From an uncultured Nitrososphaerota archaeon (GTDB lineage: Archaea; Thermoproteota; Nitrososphaeria; Nitrososphaerales; Nitrosopumilaceae), in assembly GCA_963824385.1 (NCBI GenBank), contig CAWGPD010000001.1, forward strand, positions 1 through 64,000: 64,000 nucleotides of DNA, given 5' to 3'. Positions within the stretch are counted from its first letter, which is position 1, and each line of letters begins with the position of its first letter. A model generated the notes under the pieces. It worked only from the letters and a program-made list of their open reading frames with translations, searched no databases and was not told where the DNA came from. A program made the position numbers and the translations under genes. This document shows, one piece after another, positions 1 through 11,680 of the stretch.

Positions 1-64
1 GAACCATACGTTGTCTTACATTGAGTACGCCCTCGTTATATTTTCGGAAGTGCATAATGATATC

Positions 65-372
65 ATGACCACATCAGATTAAAAATAATACAAGTACACA
101 AAAATCTACAGCCATTGCTTGCATGGGTTATAGGTCTTGCAATCATAGGGGTCATGATGACAGCGGTCTGGCCTGTCTGGAACCTAATTCCACAATACGT
201 CACTTAACAAGTCAAGGTTGTTTCAGTAGATCAAAGCGGAGTTTGGGCAGACACTCAAGACAACTATTTGGTAAAGTGAACTGGTTCATACCACAATGTT
301 TCGCCAGGTGACCACATCATGGGAACTTATGACCTGAAGATAAAGTAGAGAATGCACACATTTGCACCATGA
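65..372 (+). pseudogene. Small single-TM thaumarchaeal-type membrane protein, interrupted by stops/frameshifts
   Basis: Hand translation gives ..LLAWVIGLAIIGVMMTAVWPVWNLIPQYVT*QVKVVSVDQSGVWADTQDNYLVK..NVSPGDHIMGTYDLKIK*RMHTFAP; in-frame stops could be decay or errors. Confidence 0.45.
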
Positions 373-402
373 CCAAATCTAACAAGACACTGGCTTTTTT
401 TA

Positions 403-940
403 TTATTCAGAAAACCTTAGAGCAAACATGTTCTTGTCGTATTTTACATCAATCTTTTTCTGAAACAGTTCTTCAAAAATTAGTTCCAAGATTGTTTTAT
501 TGTACAGTGACCAATTTTTCCCAAGATCATGCTTCATGACAAAAGTATGAGTGCCATCATCAATCATATGACTGACATGAACCGATGAGTTTAGCATCTG
601 CATCTCAAACCAGTCCATAAACGATTTGGCGTCAGTCTCACCTTTCATAAAGAGTGCCACATCTTTCATCTCGTCCTTGCCCATGGTACTTGCAATTTCT
701 ATTATCTCTTTTTCCTTCAAATTTTGAAAGATCTTTGACAAACACTGGCTTGTTCAGACTTACAAGTCCAACTCTTTGCTGATAAATATCCCACTCTAGA
801 AATCGCTTTAGTGCCTGGGTTGCAAGAGTATTGGTAGTTACCTGATGATTCTTTGCCTCCTTCTGAAGCTTGTCGATAATTTCAGTATCAAATCTAAATG
901 TAATAGTGGCAGTTTTTTTCTTGTCTGTTATTTCTTTCAT
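403..940 (-). CDS. Ribbon-helix-helix-like N-terminus + thaumarchaeal 'HxLGxxWS' domain protein (frameshifted; ORFs 638..940 + 403..741)
   Basis: TITFRFDTEIIDKL..A.....TTNTL....L is RHH-like; colinear paralog at 59430..60011. Confidence 0.65.
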
Positions 941-1066
941 GTAATACTCAATCTTTCATCTATTTGAAAAATGATAAACTTGTCGCATGATTTTATTATT
1001 CTCGCATATACTTTGTCTTACAATGTATACTGCCATCCTTTATTCTAGTTTCACTAATAGAAGTAC

Positions 1067-1537
1067 ATGGTAGAAATAAAAGTCAAAATACAGATTGACG
1101 CACCAATAGAAAAAGTCTGGAATGTCATCTCACAGGTTGAGAAGGATGCTGAATTTTGGAACATAACCAAAGTCCAAAGAACCATCTCAAAGAATGAAAA
1201 CGAGATTGTGAGAGAGATAGTTCTGGATAAGATCGACAAATGCAGTCAGACCATAACTTTCCTACCAAAAGAAGCAGTACATGTGAAATGGACAAAAGGA
1301 GTGATAACGGGTACAAAGATTTTATCTTTGACCATGCTTGGAAGTGCAACACTTCTTGAAGTGAAGATGGACTATGCCATTTCTGGCCCATCCCGATTCT
1401 TTCCTGGAAAGTTAAAAGAGAAACTGCAGATCGAGGCCGAGTATGCGTTAGACCTGATAAAGGAAAGATCTGAGGGCAAGACACATTTCATCCCAATGGA
1501 ACCTAGAAAATTCTGGGCCGACATGATAAAGGGATAG
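1067..1537 (+). CDS. SRPBCC/START-like (polyketide cyclase family) protein
   Basis: IQIDAPIEKVWNVIS N-terminal signature, 156 aa. Confidence 0.75.
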   Translation: MVEIKVKIQIDAPIEKVWNVISQVEKDAEFWNITKVQRTISKNENEIVREIVLDKIDKCSQTITFLPKEAVHVKWTKGVITGTKILSLTMLGSATLLEVKMDYAISGPSRFFPGKLKEKLQIEAEYALDLIKERSEGKTHFIPMEPRKFWADMIKG

Positions 1538-1555
1538 TGGCACTCACAGAACAAA

Positions 1556-1592
1556 GGAGGAATTTACTCACGCGGCGTGACGTAAAAACTCC
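1556..1592. terminator. GC-rich hairpin between convergent genes (putative terminator/structured 3' end)
   Basis: GGAG..TTTAC-TCACGC-G-GCGTGA-C-GTAAA..CTCC followed by T-run. Confidence 0.4.
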
Positions 1593-1660
1593 ACCCGATT
1601 TTTTGTAATAAAATTATTTTTAAATTTAAAAATATCAAATATGTCTAAACATTAGTGATG

Positions 1661-3888
1661 TCATTCTTTTTCTACTGACAAAACAGCTTTACGGATTTTG
1701 TTGACTGCGTCCATATTACATGAGATACTCTTTATCCCCCACTTGACAAGCTGTTTTACCATTTCGGGATTACTCCCAGCTTCGCCACATATCGAACTCT
1801 CTACATCATACTTGTTACAAATATCAATTACATGATGAAGCATATACAAAACAGATGGATGAAATTCAGAATGCAACTTTGCAATCTTTGCATTGTTTCT
1901 GTCAATTCCTAAGGTGAGCATAGTTAGATCATTTGTTCCAAAACTTGCAAAGTCAATTCCTTCCTTGCAAAACTCTTCTATTGATAACGCACAGGCCGGA
2001 GTTTCAACCATTATTCCCAAATCAAAATTGTTTCCCATTTCAATTTTATTAGCAATCTCTTTTGCCTTTCTAAATTCATCAACTGAGATTAAAAATGGAA
2101 GCATCACATGAATATTATCTAGTCCTTCTGCGCGCATTCTCTTTATTGCTTCAAATTCTGTTTTTAGTAATTCAGGTTCATCCAGACTCCTTCTGATTCC
2201 GTGCCATCCAAGCATTGGATTATCTTCATGGGGTTCTGCATCTCCACCTTCCAGATTTCTAAACTCGTCACTTCTTGCATCCAAAGTTCTAACCCATACA
2301 GGTTTTGGATAAAATTTAGTAGCTATTGGTTTTATTCCGTTTGTCAAAATCGTGATATATTCCTCAGATCTACCTTCACGAACAAGTTTTGCAGGATGTA
2401 TTCCAGATTTAGTTACCATGTGTTCTATTCGTAGCAATCCAACACCGTCTGTTCTTGAAGCAACCTCCATCTTGTCTGCAAAAACAAGATTCACCTTTAC
2501 TTTGGTTTTGGTTTTTTCAACCTGTACTGGCTCACTTGTTTTGGTCTTATTGATAGAAACTGTTCCCTCGTAAACTATACCGGCATATGCGTCCACAGTA
2601 ACAATTTGCCCATCTTTCAAAATAGTTGTTCCATTTCCAGTCCCTACGATAGCTGGCAATCCCATCTCACGTGATACAATAGCAGCATGAGATGTGGCAC
2701 CTCCAAGATCCGTTATAATTGCAGCAGACTTGCTCATCTTTGGAACAAGATCTGGCGAGGTCATGGTGGTGACAAGTATATCGCCCTCCTCAATCTTTCC
2801 AATCTCGCTAATGTTTTTTACAATCTTTACTTTGCCAGTTGCAATTCCAGGAGATGCACCCATACCCTGCAATATTTTGACTCCTGTCATCTCACCTTCA
2901 CTTGTCTTTGCCTTTGTTGTAACAGGTCTTGTCTGGACAATTCTCATGTTGTACTGTTCGATTGCAAATTCTACATCTTGTGGTTTTCCATAATACTCTT
3001 CGAGTTGTCTACCATACTTTACCAGTTTAGAAATCTCATCATCGGTTAGAACTTGAGCATTAATTTTTTCAGCAGATATTTTTACCTGAATTGATTTACC
3101 AGTGGTATGATCTCGAACCAATGCAATTGGTTTTTGACCAATTTTTTTCTCTAAAACTTTACCTGTTTTATCCACCATGTAATGATCAGGTGAGACCTCG
3201 CCCAGTACAAGATATTCTCCCAAACCCCAGATAGATTCTATTATCATGACATTTTCTCCCGAGACAGGATCTTACAGTAAACATAACACCAGACTTGTCA
3301 GAGTTTACCATTCTTTGTACAACAACTGCTATGCTTGGGTTTTTGAAATTGTTCTTTGCCCTATAAAAAATGGCACGTGGTTCATAAAGAGAAGCCCAGC
3401 ATTCCTGTACTGATTTAACAAGATTTGCTGCGTGTTTTATATTTAGAAAGCTTGCCTGTTGTCCAGCAAATGATGTTCCAGGCAAGTCTTCTGCTGTGGC
3501 AGAACTTCTAACTGCAACAAACTCATCATCATCTTCAGTCAAATTAGTCTTGGATTTATTGTCTACATGAGATAGTTTCTTGTAAGAATCTATGATTTCA
3601 TTCTTTATTTCGCTTGGAAATTCTAGTGAAATAATTAGTTTCTTAATTTTCTTGGAGGTAGACATTAACATGTTAGTATCCTCAACATTGAGCACCTCTA
3701 ACATCATCTTGATTTTATCTGAAATATTATGAAACTGGATTAATCTTTCAAATGCAGTCTGTAGTTATAACAAATCCAGATGGAACTGGCAAGCCGATTC
3801 TAATCATTTCTCCCATGTTTGCACCCTTGCCACCTGCAATTGGGATGTCATCCTTTGTTACTTCTTCAAGCCAGCGAATGTATTTCAT
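1661..3888 (-). CDS. ppsA: Phosphoenolpyruvate synthase (pyruvate,water dikinase), two frameshifts (~3750, ~3265)
   Basis: N-term [29 protein letters not shown], phospho-His [11 protein letters not shown]-terminal [18 protein letters not shown]. Confidence 0.9.
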
Positions 3889-3971
3889 CGATTACATCTG
3901 GTTCTTGTATGGACAACTATTTGGATGTACGTGGGTGGAATTTTAATTGATAGAATTATCCATCTGCCTCA

Positions 3972-3990
3972 TTGACAAATTATTTGTCAA
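3972..3990. promoter_or_regulatory. Perfect palindrome TTGACAAAT-T-ATTTGTCAA in ppsA/M50 divergent region
   Basis: Read directly from sequence. Confidence 0.5.
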
Positions 3991-4015
3991 ACTTGCTTTT
4001 AGTTGAATTGCAAAA

Positions 4016-4031
4016 TTATCATTTGTGATAA
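4016..4031. promoter_or_regulatory. TTATCA-N4-TGATAA operator (perfect copy)
   Basis: TTATCATTTGTGATAA between divergent ppsA and M50-CBS protease. Confidence 0.7.
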
Positions 4032-4083
4032 TTACACTGACAGACTAAAAGGATCATATACCCAGTAGCATCAAGGCAATATC

Positions 4084-5250
4084 ATGTCTCTTCAAATAGG
4101 CCATATCAAAGGAATCAGCATTCGTTTACATTTTACTCTAATCATAACTTTTGTCCTAATCGATTGGACATTATCAACATATTTTATGCCAGATTATGTC
4201 AAAGGTCTCAAACCTGTGAGCTACTGGCTAATGGGTTCTGCTGGAAGTGTACTTTTGTTTTTCTCAATTTTATTACACGAGTTGGCTCACTCAATGGTTG
4301 CAAGAAGGTACAACATACCTGTAAAAAGTATCACATTATTTATTTTCGGCGGAGTATCAGATATTGCAAAAGAGCCAACGGATTTTCATCAAGAGTTTAA
4401 AATGTCAATTGCTGGTCCACTTGCAAGTTTTGGACTAGGAGTAATCTTTGCTTTATTTTATTGGCTAGTCTCAAGTGAAAGTTCGAGCAGTGCCATTTCA
4501 TATCTTGTGCAAATCAAAGGAGTCTTTTTCTATGCAGCATTGGCAAACATCCTACTTGGCGCATTCAATCTAGTTCCAGCATTTCCTCTTGATGGCGGCA
4601 GGGTTTTACGAGCAGGATTGGTAAGATGGAAAAAGGATTATCATGATGCAACAAAGATTGCAACGACAATTGGTGTATTGATATCATTTGTATTCATGGG
4701 ATTTGGTTTTATGATACTCATCAACGGAGATTTTGTTGGCGGTTTATGGATATTGCTGATAGGTTGGTTTTTGCACAACGGTGCCCAGTCATACATGTCA
4801 CAATTTGAGTTAACATCTGCATTAAAAGGAGTAATTATTGGTAACATCATGAATACAGAAATAATATCTGTTAGACGTGACATGTCTCTTGATTTCATCC
4901 TAAAGAATTTTTTTATGACCAGTATGAAAAGCGAACTGCCTGTAACAGATGACCAAGGCCATCTTTTAGGAATGATCACACTAAAAAACATACTAAACAT
5001 TCCAGAAAATAAAAGAGACACTGTTACAGTCCAGGATATTATGATTCAAATAGATCATCTTGCAATAATGCAACCTAATATGGAAGTTGAAAAAGCTTTC
5101 ATACAAATGGTTCAGAAACGTGTTGGAAAGATCTTCGCATGTGACAAAGATGGAAAACTTTTAGGAGTTGTGAGTAAGACAGATATCATAGAACTTGCAA
5201 GTGAACGACAAAAATATCTTCATGTTATGAAGAAGACAAGTTTGTCATAA
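4084..5250 (+). CDS. Site-2 protease (M50) with C-terminal CBS pair
   Basis: HELAH zinc motif, NLVPAFPLDGG, TM helices, two CBS repeats. Confidence 0.92.
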   Translation: MSLQIGHIKGISIRLHFTLIITFVLIDWTLSTYFMPDYVKGLKPVSYWLMGSAGSVLLFFSILLHELAHSMVARRYNIPVKSITLFIFGGVSDIAKEPTDFHQEFKMSIAGPLASFGLGVIFALFYWLVSSESSSSAISYLVQIKGVFFYAALANILLGAFNLVPAFPLDGGRVLRAGLVRWKKDYHDATKIATTIGVLISFVFMGFGFMILINGDFVGGLWILLIGWFLHNGAQSYMSQFELTSALKGVIIGNIMNTEIISVRRDMSLDFILKNFFMTSMKSELPVTDDQGHLLGMITLKNILNIPENKRDTVTVQDIMIQIDHLAIMQPNMEVEKAFIQMVQKRVGKIFACDKDGKLLGVVSKTDIIELASERQKYLHVMKKTSLS

Positions 5251-5261
5251 AGTAGATTGGA

Positions 5262-7720
5262 ATGTCACGTCTATCTCACAAGTCTCTCACTGCTGATGAA
5301 ATCAAAAAGGCTTCAGTAGAAGATTCTTTTTTTGTCTTTGTCCACAGGAAAAACTGGAATCAATTCTCAAGAGGCAAAGAAGCGGTTAGAAGAATACGGA
5401 TACAATGAGATTGAGGAAAAAAAGATAAATCCTCTTAGAAAACTTCTGGGTTATTTCTGGGGACCAATCCCATTTATGATAGAGGCAGCTGCAATAATCT
5501 CTGCAATTATTTCCCACTGGGAGGATTTTTGGATAATAATATTTCTGCTTTGTATAAATGGAACAGTGGCATTCTTTCAGGAACACAAGGCCGACAATGC
5601 AATAAATTTACTAAAACAAAAATTATCCATTAGATCAAGAGCACTACGTGATGGCAAATGGGTTGAGCCTTCATCTCAAGAGATTGTACCAGGCGATGTC
5701 ATACGTGTTCGACTAGGGGATATCATTCCAGCAGATGCCAAACTCTTTGCTGGAGAATATCTTGATGTAGACGAGTCTGCCCTTACGGGAGAGTCACTGC
5801 CAGTGGAAAAACATGTAGAAGATGTTGCCTATTCTAGCTCCATCGTACAAAAAGGCGAGATGAACGCACTTGTTGTGTCCACAGGGATGAGGACATTCTT
5901 TGGAAAGACTGCAAAACTTGTCGGAGAGGCAAGGACAAAAAGTCATTTCCAAAAAGCATTAATGAAAATAGGAAATTATCTTATCGCACTTGCAGTAGGA
6001 CTAATCGCACTTGTTTTTCTAGTGGCAATGTTTAGACACGAGAGCCTTCTTGAAACTCTACAATTTGCATTGGTGTTAATGATTGCCTCAATACCAGCTG
6101 CGCTACCAGACTGTATTGTCAGTAACTATGGCGGTGGGTGCAACAGTTCTTGCAAAAAAACAAGCTCTTGTCAGCAAGCTGACTGCCATAGAAGAGATGG
6201 CAGGAGTCGATATTTTATGTGCAGATAAAACTGGAACGCTTACAAAAAATGATCTAAGTGTTGCAGAGCTTGTCACATTTGACAAATTTACAGACTCTGA
6301 TCTTTTGATGTTTGCTACTCTTGCATCAAGAGGTGAAGATACAGATCATATTGACAATGCAATCATTGCAAGAGCCAAGGCCTCAGATGTCTTGGAAAAA
6401 TCCAAACCTTACAAACAGCTTTCTTTCAAACCATTTGATCCAGTAATAAAAAGAGTTGAATCCAAGATAGAAGATCCTTCCGGAAAAGAATTCATGGTGT
6501 CAAAGGGCGCACCCCAATCAATACTTTCACTTGTGTTAAACAAGGATGATATCTCTGCAAAGGTAGATGAAAGTGTAAGAAGACTTGCATCTAAAGGATA
6601 TCGCTCTCTTGGAGTAGCAAGGACAAACTTGCAAGGAACATGGGAGTTTGTAGGAATTATATCATTACACAATCCACCAAGAGAAGACTCCAAGGAGACC
6701 ATCAAGACTGCCAAGACCATGGGCATTGACATCAAGATGATAACAGGAGACCATCTTGATATTGCAAAAGAGATAGCAAGAGAATTAGACCTTGGCACAA
6801 ACATACAAGATGCATCTCAAATAATTGACAAGACAGACCAGGAGATACAAAGTGTTGTTGAGCAGGCAGATGGTTTTGCACAGGTCTTTCCTGAGCACAA
6901 GTACAAGATAGTAGGAGCATTACAGGCAAAAGGTCACATTGTTGGCATGACTGGAGACGGAGTAAATGATGCCCCAGCCTTAAAGAAGGCAGATGTCGGA
7001 ATTGCAGTTTTTGGTGCAACTGATGTTGCAAAATCTGCAGCGCATATTGTTCTTACTCAACCAGGAATTTCAGTTATTATAGATGCAATCCAAGAAAGCC
7101 GCAAAATATTTCAGCGAATGAATAATTATGCCATATACAGAATCAGTGAAACTATCAGGATCCTTTTCTTTCTAGTGTTTTCCATAATTGCTTTCAGTTT
7201 TTATCCAATCACCCCTCTAATGATTGTCTTGCTTGCAATCTTGAATGATGTACCAATTATGACTATCGCTTATGACAATGTAAAGATCTCATCTAGTCCT
7301 GAGAGATGGAATATGAAAAAAGTTCTGGGAATTGCCACAGGTCTTGGTTTGATAGGCGTAGTCTCAACATTTGTTCTACTCTATATAGGAATGAATGTTT
7401 TCGAATTGAAAACAGGGCCATTACAATCATTAATTTATTTGAAATTATCCGTTGCAGGACACATGTTATTTTTTGTTGCAAGAACGCGTGGTCATTTCTG
7501 GACGGTAAAACCTGCGTTGAAGTTATTTTTGGCAATAATTACAACACAGGCTATTGCAACAATAATTACTGCCCAAGGAATTTTAGTACCAGCAATAGGG
7601 TGGCATGATGCATTATTTGTCTGGGGATATGCACTGGCATGGTTTTTGGTAGCAGACTTTGCGAAAGGTCCAATCTACAAATTGTTAGAATACAGGGGTT
7701 TGAATTTGCGCAATAGGTAG
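5262..7720 (+). CDS. Plasma-membrane proton-efflux P-type ATPase (P3A), frameshifts near 5325 and ~6105
   Basis: FWGPIPFMIE, LTGES, SIPAALP.VLSVTMAVGA, DKTGTLT, TGDGVNDAPALK, LNDVPIMTIAYDN. Confidence 0.9.
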
Positions 7721-7764
7721 GTGTTCGTGTTTGAGATTAATCACATGGTTTAAGACTCTAGAAG

Positions 7765-9105
7765 GTGGTTCTAATGACATTGTCACTTTCGTTTCCTATC
7801 ATTCCATTTAACAAGATGTTCGAGTCCAATCCATATTATGATTACATGTTAAAGGGGTTTGAATTTGCGGTAAAATACAATTCCGCACTTGTAGACGCAG
7901 ACTCAAAGGCATTTGAGACTTTTTTTAGTACAAGGAACGGAACGGCGCAGAACATAAGAAAAACTATCAGATCTTCCTTTGATGTTACGCTACGAGATGA
8001 TCTAAACGATGATGCACTGGCATCAAGTATGACAGACTATGTCGAAGCTTGGACAAAAATATGTGATCTTTTTGGATTTAGTCAATTTACTGCCAATTCC
8101 TATGACCTCTTCTCTTATGCAAACAGAATGCTTGAACCGTTAAGAGACAACGTCAACCGAACACCATCTGAGGTCATAGAGATGAAAGGTAGATTCAATC
8201 TGCTCCATTACAAATCAGACCTTCCAGTAGTACACAAAACCCCTCTGCTTGTAGTAGGCTCGCTTATCAACAGATACTACATCTTGGATTTGTTGCCTAA
8301 TGTAAGCATAATAAAAAATCTCCAAAGACAAGGCTTTGATATTTATGCAACGGATTGGGGAACCCCCAAGTCATTTGACAAGGACTTGACACTTGAAACA
8401 TATGCAGAAGAATATGTAGAAAATGCAGTAGAAAAAGTCAAGGAAGTAACAGGTTCTGACAAGGTGTCACTATTGGGATACTGTTGGGGAGGAATTTTTG
8501 CGCTAATCTATTCATCTACACATCAAGAGAATGTCAAGAATTTAATTTTGCATGCCACCCCAGTTGATATTAACAAGGAAAAGACGATAATAGAAAATTG
8601 GACTGCTCATCTCAATGCAGGCAATCTTGTTGACACATTTGGCAATATACCAGGATGGCTCATCAACCTTGCATTTCTCTTACGTGATCCAGTGCAAACA
8701 ATACTAAAGTATCCAAGATATTTCAGTGAACCCCGAAGCCGTGATGAGATTACACAGTTTTTTGCAATTGAGACGTGGCTATACGACAGTACGCCAATAA
8801 TAGGAGGAGTATATCGCGAGATAATCAATCAAGTATATAGAAAAAACCTTTTGATAAAAAATGAGATGAAAGTAGGTCCAGATATTATAAATTTAAAAAA
8901 TATTACAATACCGATTCTTGACATAGTTGGGACCAGTGATAATCTGGTGCCCCCATCAGCAAGCACGTCAGTAATTGATGCAATAGGTAGTACTGACAAA
9001 AAACTAATTGAATTTCCAACAGGGCACGTTGGTTTATGTGTAAGCACTGCCGCACATGAGAAATTATGGCCCGAAGTTGGAAAGTGGCTTGCCCAAAGAT
9101 CCTAG
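7765..9105 (+). CDS. phaC: Class III-type PHA synthase with N-terminal helical extension
   Basis: SLINRYYILDL, lipase box GYCWGG, catalytic Asp (SDNLVP) and His (TGHVG). Confidence 0.85.
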   Translation: MVLMTLSLSFPIIPFNKMFESNPYYDYMLKGFEFAVKYNSALVDADSKAFETFFSTRNGTAQNIRKTIRSSFDVTLRDDLNDDALASSMTDYVEAWTKICDLFGFSQFTANSYDLFSYANRMLEPLRDNVNRTPSEVIEMKGRFNLLHYKSDLPVVHKTPLLVVGSLINRYYILDLLPNVSIIKNLQRQGFDIYATDWGTPKSFDKDLTLETYAEEYVENAVEKVKEVTGSDKVSLLGYCWGGIFALIYSSTHQENVKNLILHATPVDINKEKTIIENWTAHLNAGNLVDTFGNIPGWLINLAFLLRDPVQTILKYPRYFSEPRSRDEITQFFAIETWLYDSTPIIGGVYREIINQVYRKNLLIKNEMKVGPDIINLKNITIPILDIVGTSDNLVPPSASTSVIDAIGSTDKKLIEFPTGHVGLCVSTAAHEKLWPEVGKWLAQRS

Positions 9106-9170
9106 ATTCTATAATTTCCAATTCAAGGTTAATGATTTTCATTCAAGAGATTAGTAGTACATCATTTACT

Positions 9171-9998
9171 TTATTGTAAAATCTGTCTTGAAAGACTCTG
9201 TAGTCTTTCTAGTCTTTGGAAGGATATTCCAGTTTTATTAGACAACAGACCCAAATTTGCTTTTACCAAGTCTCTAATTAACATCATATCATTTCTTGCA
9301 AAAGACGCAAGTTCAAATTTGTTTAATCCAAGAATTGTAATGGGATATAGACCCTTTTCTTCAATCATCATTTCAAGACTTTTCTCTGGAGGATATCGCC
9401 AAGAAATTATTTTCTGACCTATGCACTGGGCATATGTTCGCGCATCATCAGATAATTTCGTATTACATATCAACATCTCATGTTGGTATTTATCTTCAAG
9501 ATCTAAAAATCTTGCATGAGTATACAATGATTCTTTGAGTCCAGTATACAATCCAGATTGATTATGATATTTACATTCAATTAGATATTTTTCTCCGCTA
9601 GAAACAAGTTCTGTAATGAGATCAATTTCATGATGTACACATTTACCTTGCACTATGGCCCTAATTGACAAAACATCATGACCGTAGGCACCAAGAATTT
9701 CGCCCACATACGTCTCAAAGCTATACCCCGCAGGCCCCATTCTCATGATGGATTCTTTCAAACGATACTTGTGTCGAATGATAGTGCCCTCATCTTCAAT
9801 TTTTAGAGAATTTAGAACCATTTTGTAAATTTCAGATGTATTCATGTCATCGTATACCTTCTGAGATATCCTATCAGCTATTCTCTTTGCAGCCTTTCTG
9901 CTTGCACCAGCCCTGAGGCATGTCTCTCGCAGTTTGAATTTGTTAAATGGTACTCGTGCACCGTTTGCTTTTATAATCCAGACGGTTTTTTGGCTCAC
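9171..9998 (-). CDS. ATP-cone + Mrr-like PD-(D/E)xK nuclease-fold protein
   Basis: WIIKANG.RVPF...KL...RAGA ATP cone; GYSFE, HEID, IECKYH; GTG start at 9998 preferred over 10076. Confidence 0.8.
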   Translation of the reverse strand: MSQKTVWIIKANGARVPFNKFKLRETCLRAGASRKAAKRIADRISQKVYDDMNTSEIYKMVLNSLKIEDEGTIIRHKYRLKESIMRMGPAGYSFETYVGEILGAYGHDVLSIRAIVQGKCVHHEIDLITELVSSGEKYLIECKYHNQSGLYTGLKESLYTHARFLDLEDKYQHEMLICNTKLSDDARTYAQCIGQKIISWRYPPEKSLEMMIEEKGLYPITILGLNKFELASFARNDMMLIRDLVKANLGLLSNKTGISFQRLERLQSLSRQILQ

Positions 9999-10069
9999 GA
10001 TGAGAAAGTCAAACTCTAGTTGTAAAAAGTTATCTGAGTATTCCAGAATACTTGGATATCTAAGGTTTA

Positions 10070-10085
10070 CAATCAAAGATGAAAA
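10070..10085. promoter_or_regulatory. Degenerate TTATCA-N4-TGATAA site upstream of AMP phosphorylase operon
   Basis: CAATCAAAGATGAAAA ~12 nt before TATA-like GATATAT. Confidence 0.4.
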
Positions 10086-10130
10086 TTGTACTCAAATGAT
10101 ATATCCTACAGAAAATAGAAAAATCTTGAA

Positions 10131-11675
10131 ATGCAATTAAAAGTTGACATCGTAGGGATAGAATCAGGAGGAAAACCAATAGTTTTCCTAAATAAACATG
10201 ATGCCGACGAGGTCGGTGTTACTGCATTAGGAAGAATCATAATAAATTCAAAAAGAAAAGAGACAACTGCCATTGTTAATATTTCTACAACTCATGTCAA
10301 GAAAGGTTACATCGGTGTAAATGACGAGGTAAGAAAAAAACTTAATACTTAGACAAAACTCCGTAGTAGAAGTTGAAGTTGCAACATTTCCAAAATCACT
10401 CCAATTCATACATCATAAATTAACAGGAAAAAGTTTGCTCTACCATGAAATTTTAGAAATAGTAAAAGACGTGGTTGAAGGAAATCTCAATGACGGAGAG
10501 ATTGCAGCATTTGTCACTGCACTTCACATGCAAGGGCTTGATCTTGATGAAGCAGTAAGTCTATCATCTGCCATGGTGGCAACAGGAAAACAATTGAATT
10601 TACACAAAAAAATAATTGCAGACAAGCATAGCATTGGCGGAGTACCTGGAGACAAGACAACTCTATTGGTCGTGCCAATTGTGGCAGCTGCAGGAATAAC
10701 AATTCCAAAAGCATCGTCAAGGGCAATTACGTCCGCTGCTGGTACTGCAGATAGAGCAGAGGCAATAATGCCAGTAAACTTTGGAATTGAAGAAATGCAA
10801 TCCATTGTAAAAAAATGTAACGGGTGTATTGTGTGGGGAGGCTCACTAGAACTTGCTCCTGCCGATGACATTTTTGTCAGAACAGAATATTCTTTATACA
10901 TTGACCCACTTCTCTTGCCTTCGATTATGAGTAAAAAGAAATCAGTGGGTGCAACTCATCTCATAATAGACATACCTACAGGAAGAGGAGCAAAGGTCAA
11001 GACAATAGATGACGCAGATTTCTTGGCAAAGGAACTCATAGAACTTGGAAGAAAACTTGGCATACATACCCAATGTATTTTAACGCATGGAGAGATGCCA
11101 GTTGGATACACATTGGGCGCAGCTTCGAGGCAAGAGAGGCACTTTCCGTATTGATGAACAAGTCCAACGTTCCTGATTTAATAGACAAGGCATGTCACCT
11201 TGCAGGTTCATTATTTGAGATGACAGGAAAAAGTAATGGGTATCATCTAGCAAAGGAAATTCTGCGTACTGGCAAGGCAGAAAAGAAAATGAGAGAGATA
11301 ATCGATTTGCAGGGTGGAAATCCTAGAATGAATCTTGATGATTTTCAAATTGGTCAAGAGGTAAAAACTGTAAAATCTAAAAAATCAGGTCAAGTTCTAT
11401 GGATGGACAACATATCACTTGTAGAAATAGCAGAGAGCCGCAGGTTCTCCAAAAGACAAGGGGGCGGGAATCATACTTAACAAAAAAGAAGGTGACAAGG
11501 TAAAAATCGGAGACGTGTTGTTTACTATTTATGCAGAAAAATCGCGAAAGTTATCTAGTGTTGAAGAGTGCTATCAGAGTTAGAACCAATAGGCGTTGGA
11601 GAAAGAAAAGAGATGTTAATACACAAGGTAAAAGAATCACCACTTGTCAAAAGGGCTTTTGTAATAGATAGATAA
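10131..11675 (+). CDS. AMP phosphorylase (thymidine phosphorylase family), several frameshifts
   Basis: N-terminal beta domain, [39 protein letters not shown]-terminal PKDKGAGI; upstream of R15P isomerase and RuBisCO. Confidence 0.9.
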
Positions 11676-11680
11676 AAAAT

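Noticed and set aside
65..372. Stop-codon reassignment suggested by in-frame TAA/TAG
   Set aside because: All three stops terminate normal genes throughout the window; local decay or errors are simpler.
1893..3049. Many 60-130 aa ORFs antisense to long genes (here and throughout)
   Set aside because: Shadow frames of well-supported genes with no motifs.
10131..11675. Programmed frameshifting in AMP phosphorylase and other split genes
   Set aside because: Breaks are scattered, lack a common slippery motif and also hit housekeeping genes; errors are more likely.
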